From a virus (Duplodnaviria; Heunggongvirae; Uroviricota; Caudoviricetes), in IMG/VR virus record IMGVR_UViG_2734482772_000010: 34,584 nt of DNA. One strand, 5' to 3'. This document shows, in pieces, positions 33,961 to 34,584 of the stretch. The notes beneath the pieces are model-generated. The model ran no database searches. It saw only the letters and a list, made by a program, of their open reading frames with translations, and had not been told where the DNA came from. A program made the position numbers and the translations under genes. Position 1 is the first letter of the stretch. Every line of letters begins with the position of its first letter.

Positions 33961-34584
33961 ATGTTTGATGCATCCCTGCTGAATCTGCCGTGGGCAACAC
34001 TGGTGACACTGACCAGTGGATACATCGGCTATTTTATTGCGAACGTGGGCCTGAAAGACCATCACAAGCCCATCGAGGTGACATTTACGACGCTGATTTT
34101 TGGCCTGCTGTCAATGATGGTTTACCAGGCTGTTATGTGGGCAGGTCTGAATTCGTGGCTTGCAACGCCACCAGCGCTTCTTTGCGCTTTTATTTACGGT
34201 GCGTTGTGGCGCAGATACGGTCGCAAATGGATGTATGAATTTCTGCATAAGCAAAACATCTCATGGTCTGATGATACTCATTCAGCGTGGCAGTCATTGT
34301 TCAATCAGATGGATTTCACTTTTTCTGAAATCTATGTATATCTTAAGGATGGCTCTGTTTTACTTTCACGAGCCCCCGGGCGATTTGCAGGACGGCCTAA
34401 CGGTCCTGTCACGTTAGGTAATAAGGGAGATATAATCTTATACGTCACGCACCGGACTACAGTCGGGAGCAATATCTGGACAGAATGCGATAGTGGTGTG
34501 GCAGATGACGGATGGGGAACTCTGGCAACCTATATACCTGCAGAACAGATTGCCAGAGTTGATCTACGACGAGTTTGTCGGTAA
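33961..34584 (+). CDS. membrane protein, hypothetical, 207 aa (AT-rich; phage-end moron or flanking gene)
   Basis: GGAGGA RBS; N-terminal half has three to four hydrophobic segments, C-terminal half soluble; stop codon is the last 3 nt of the window; AT-rich relative to early operon. Confidence 0.5.
   Translation: MFDASLLNLPWATLVTLTSGYIGYFIANVGLKDHHKPIEVTFTTLIFGLLSMMVYQAVMWAGLNSWLATPPALLCAFIYGALWRRYGRKWMYEFLHKQNISWSDDTHSAWQSLFNQMDFTFSEIYVYLKDGSVLLSRAPGRFAGRPNGPVTLGNKGDIILYVTHRTTVGSNIWTECDSGVADDGWGTLATYIPAEQIARVDLRRVCR

Larger units (their letters stand above)
1..34584. mobile_element. Mu-like transposable prophage, internal segment (late arm on minus strand, early/transposition arm on plus strand)
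   Basis: Contiguous phage module order on minus strand (tail fibre, baseplate, tape measure, sheath/tube, head, portal, terminase, lysis); DDE transposase plus AAA+ ATPase, Ner-, Gam-, GemA- and Mor-like genes on plus strand; no tyrosine/serine integrase seen. Confidence 0.85.

Noticed and set aside
1-34584. CRISPR arrays, rRNA/tRNA genes, integrase, att sites, IS elements
   Set aside because: No direct-repeat/spacer arrays, rRNA-like sequence or tyrosine/serine recombinase ORF seen; tRNAs cannot be excluded without a tRNA scan, but the intergenic space is almost fully accounted for. Terminal transposase-binding repeats were not identifiable because both ends appear to be outside the window.

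Overview
The whole 34.6-kb window lies inside a Mu-like transposable prophage, probably enterobacterial, with no integrase, CRISPR array or rRNA recognised. Positions 1-21718 (minus strand) are a complete late arm read right to left: holin-like protein, SAR-type transglycosylase endolysin, i-spanin with an embedded o-spanin, terminase, portal, head genes, sheath, tube, chaperone pair, tape measure, baseplate, and the 5' part of a tail-fibre gene that runs off the left edge. Positions 24860-33866 (plus strand) are the early arm: ner-like gene, three extra genes, DDE transposase A, AAA+ transposition ATPase B, Gam, small ORFs including a MazG-like gene, GemA-like and Mor-like regulators, then an intrinsic terminator. 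The two arms diverge from a central region (21.8-24.8 kb) holding the repressor, a near-consensus early promoter, and an AT-rich accessory island (unknown 193-aa protein, orphan Dam-type methyltransferase, lipoprotein). This divergent layout differs from Mu itself and, from memory, resembles the BcepMu-type arrangement. The most striking sequence-level observation is a conserved ~23-nt motif present once in each of the four intergenic gaps of the late arm, consistent with a set of activator-dependent late promoters. The best candidates for undescribed function are the accessory-island genes, the three-gene insertion between ner and the transposase, and the AT-rich membrane-protein gene after the early-operon terminator. 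All family assignments are from reading the translations, not from searches. Gene starts are derived from the ORF-track coordinates; coordinates of short motifs and hairpins may be off by 1-2 nt.
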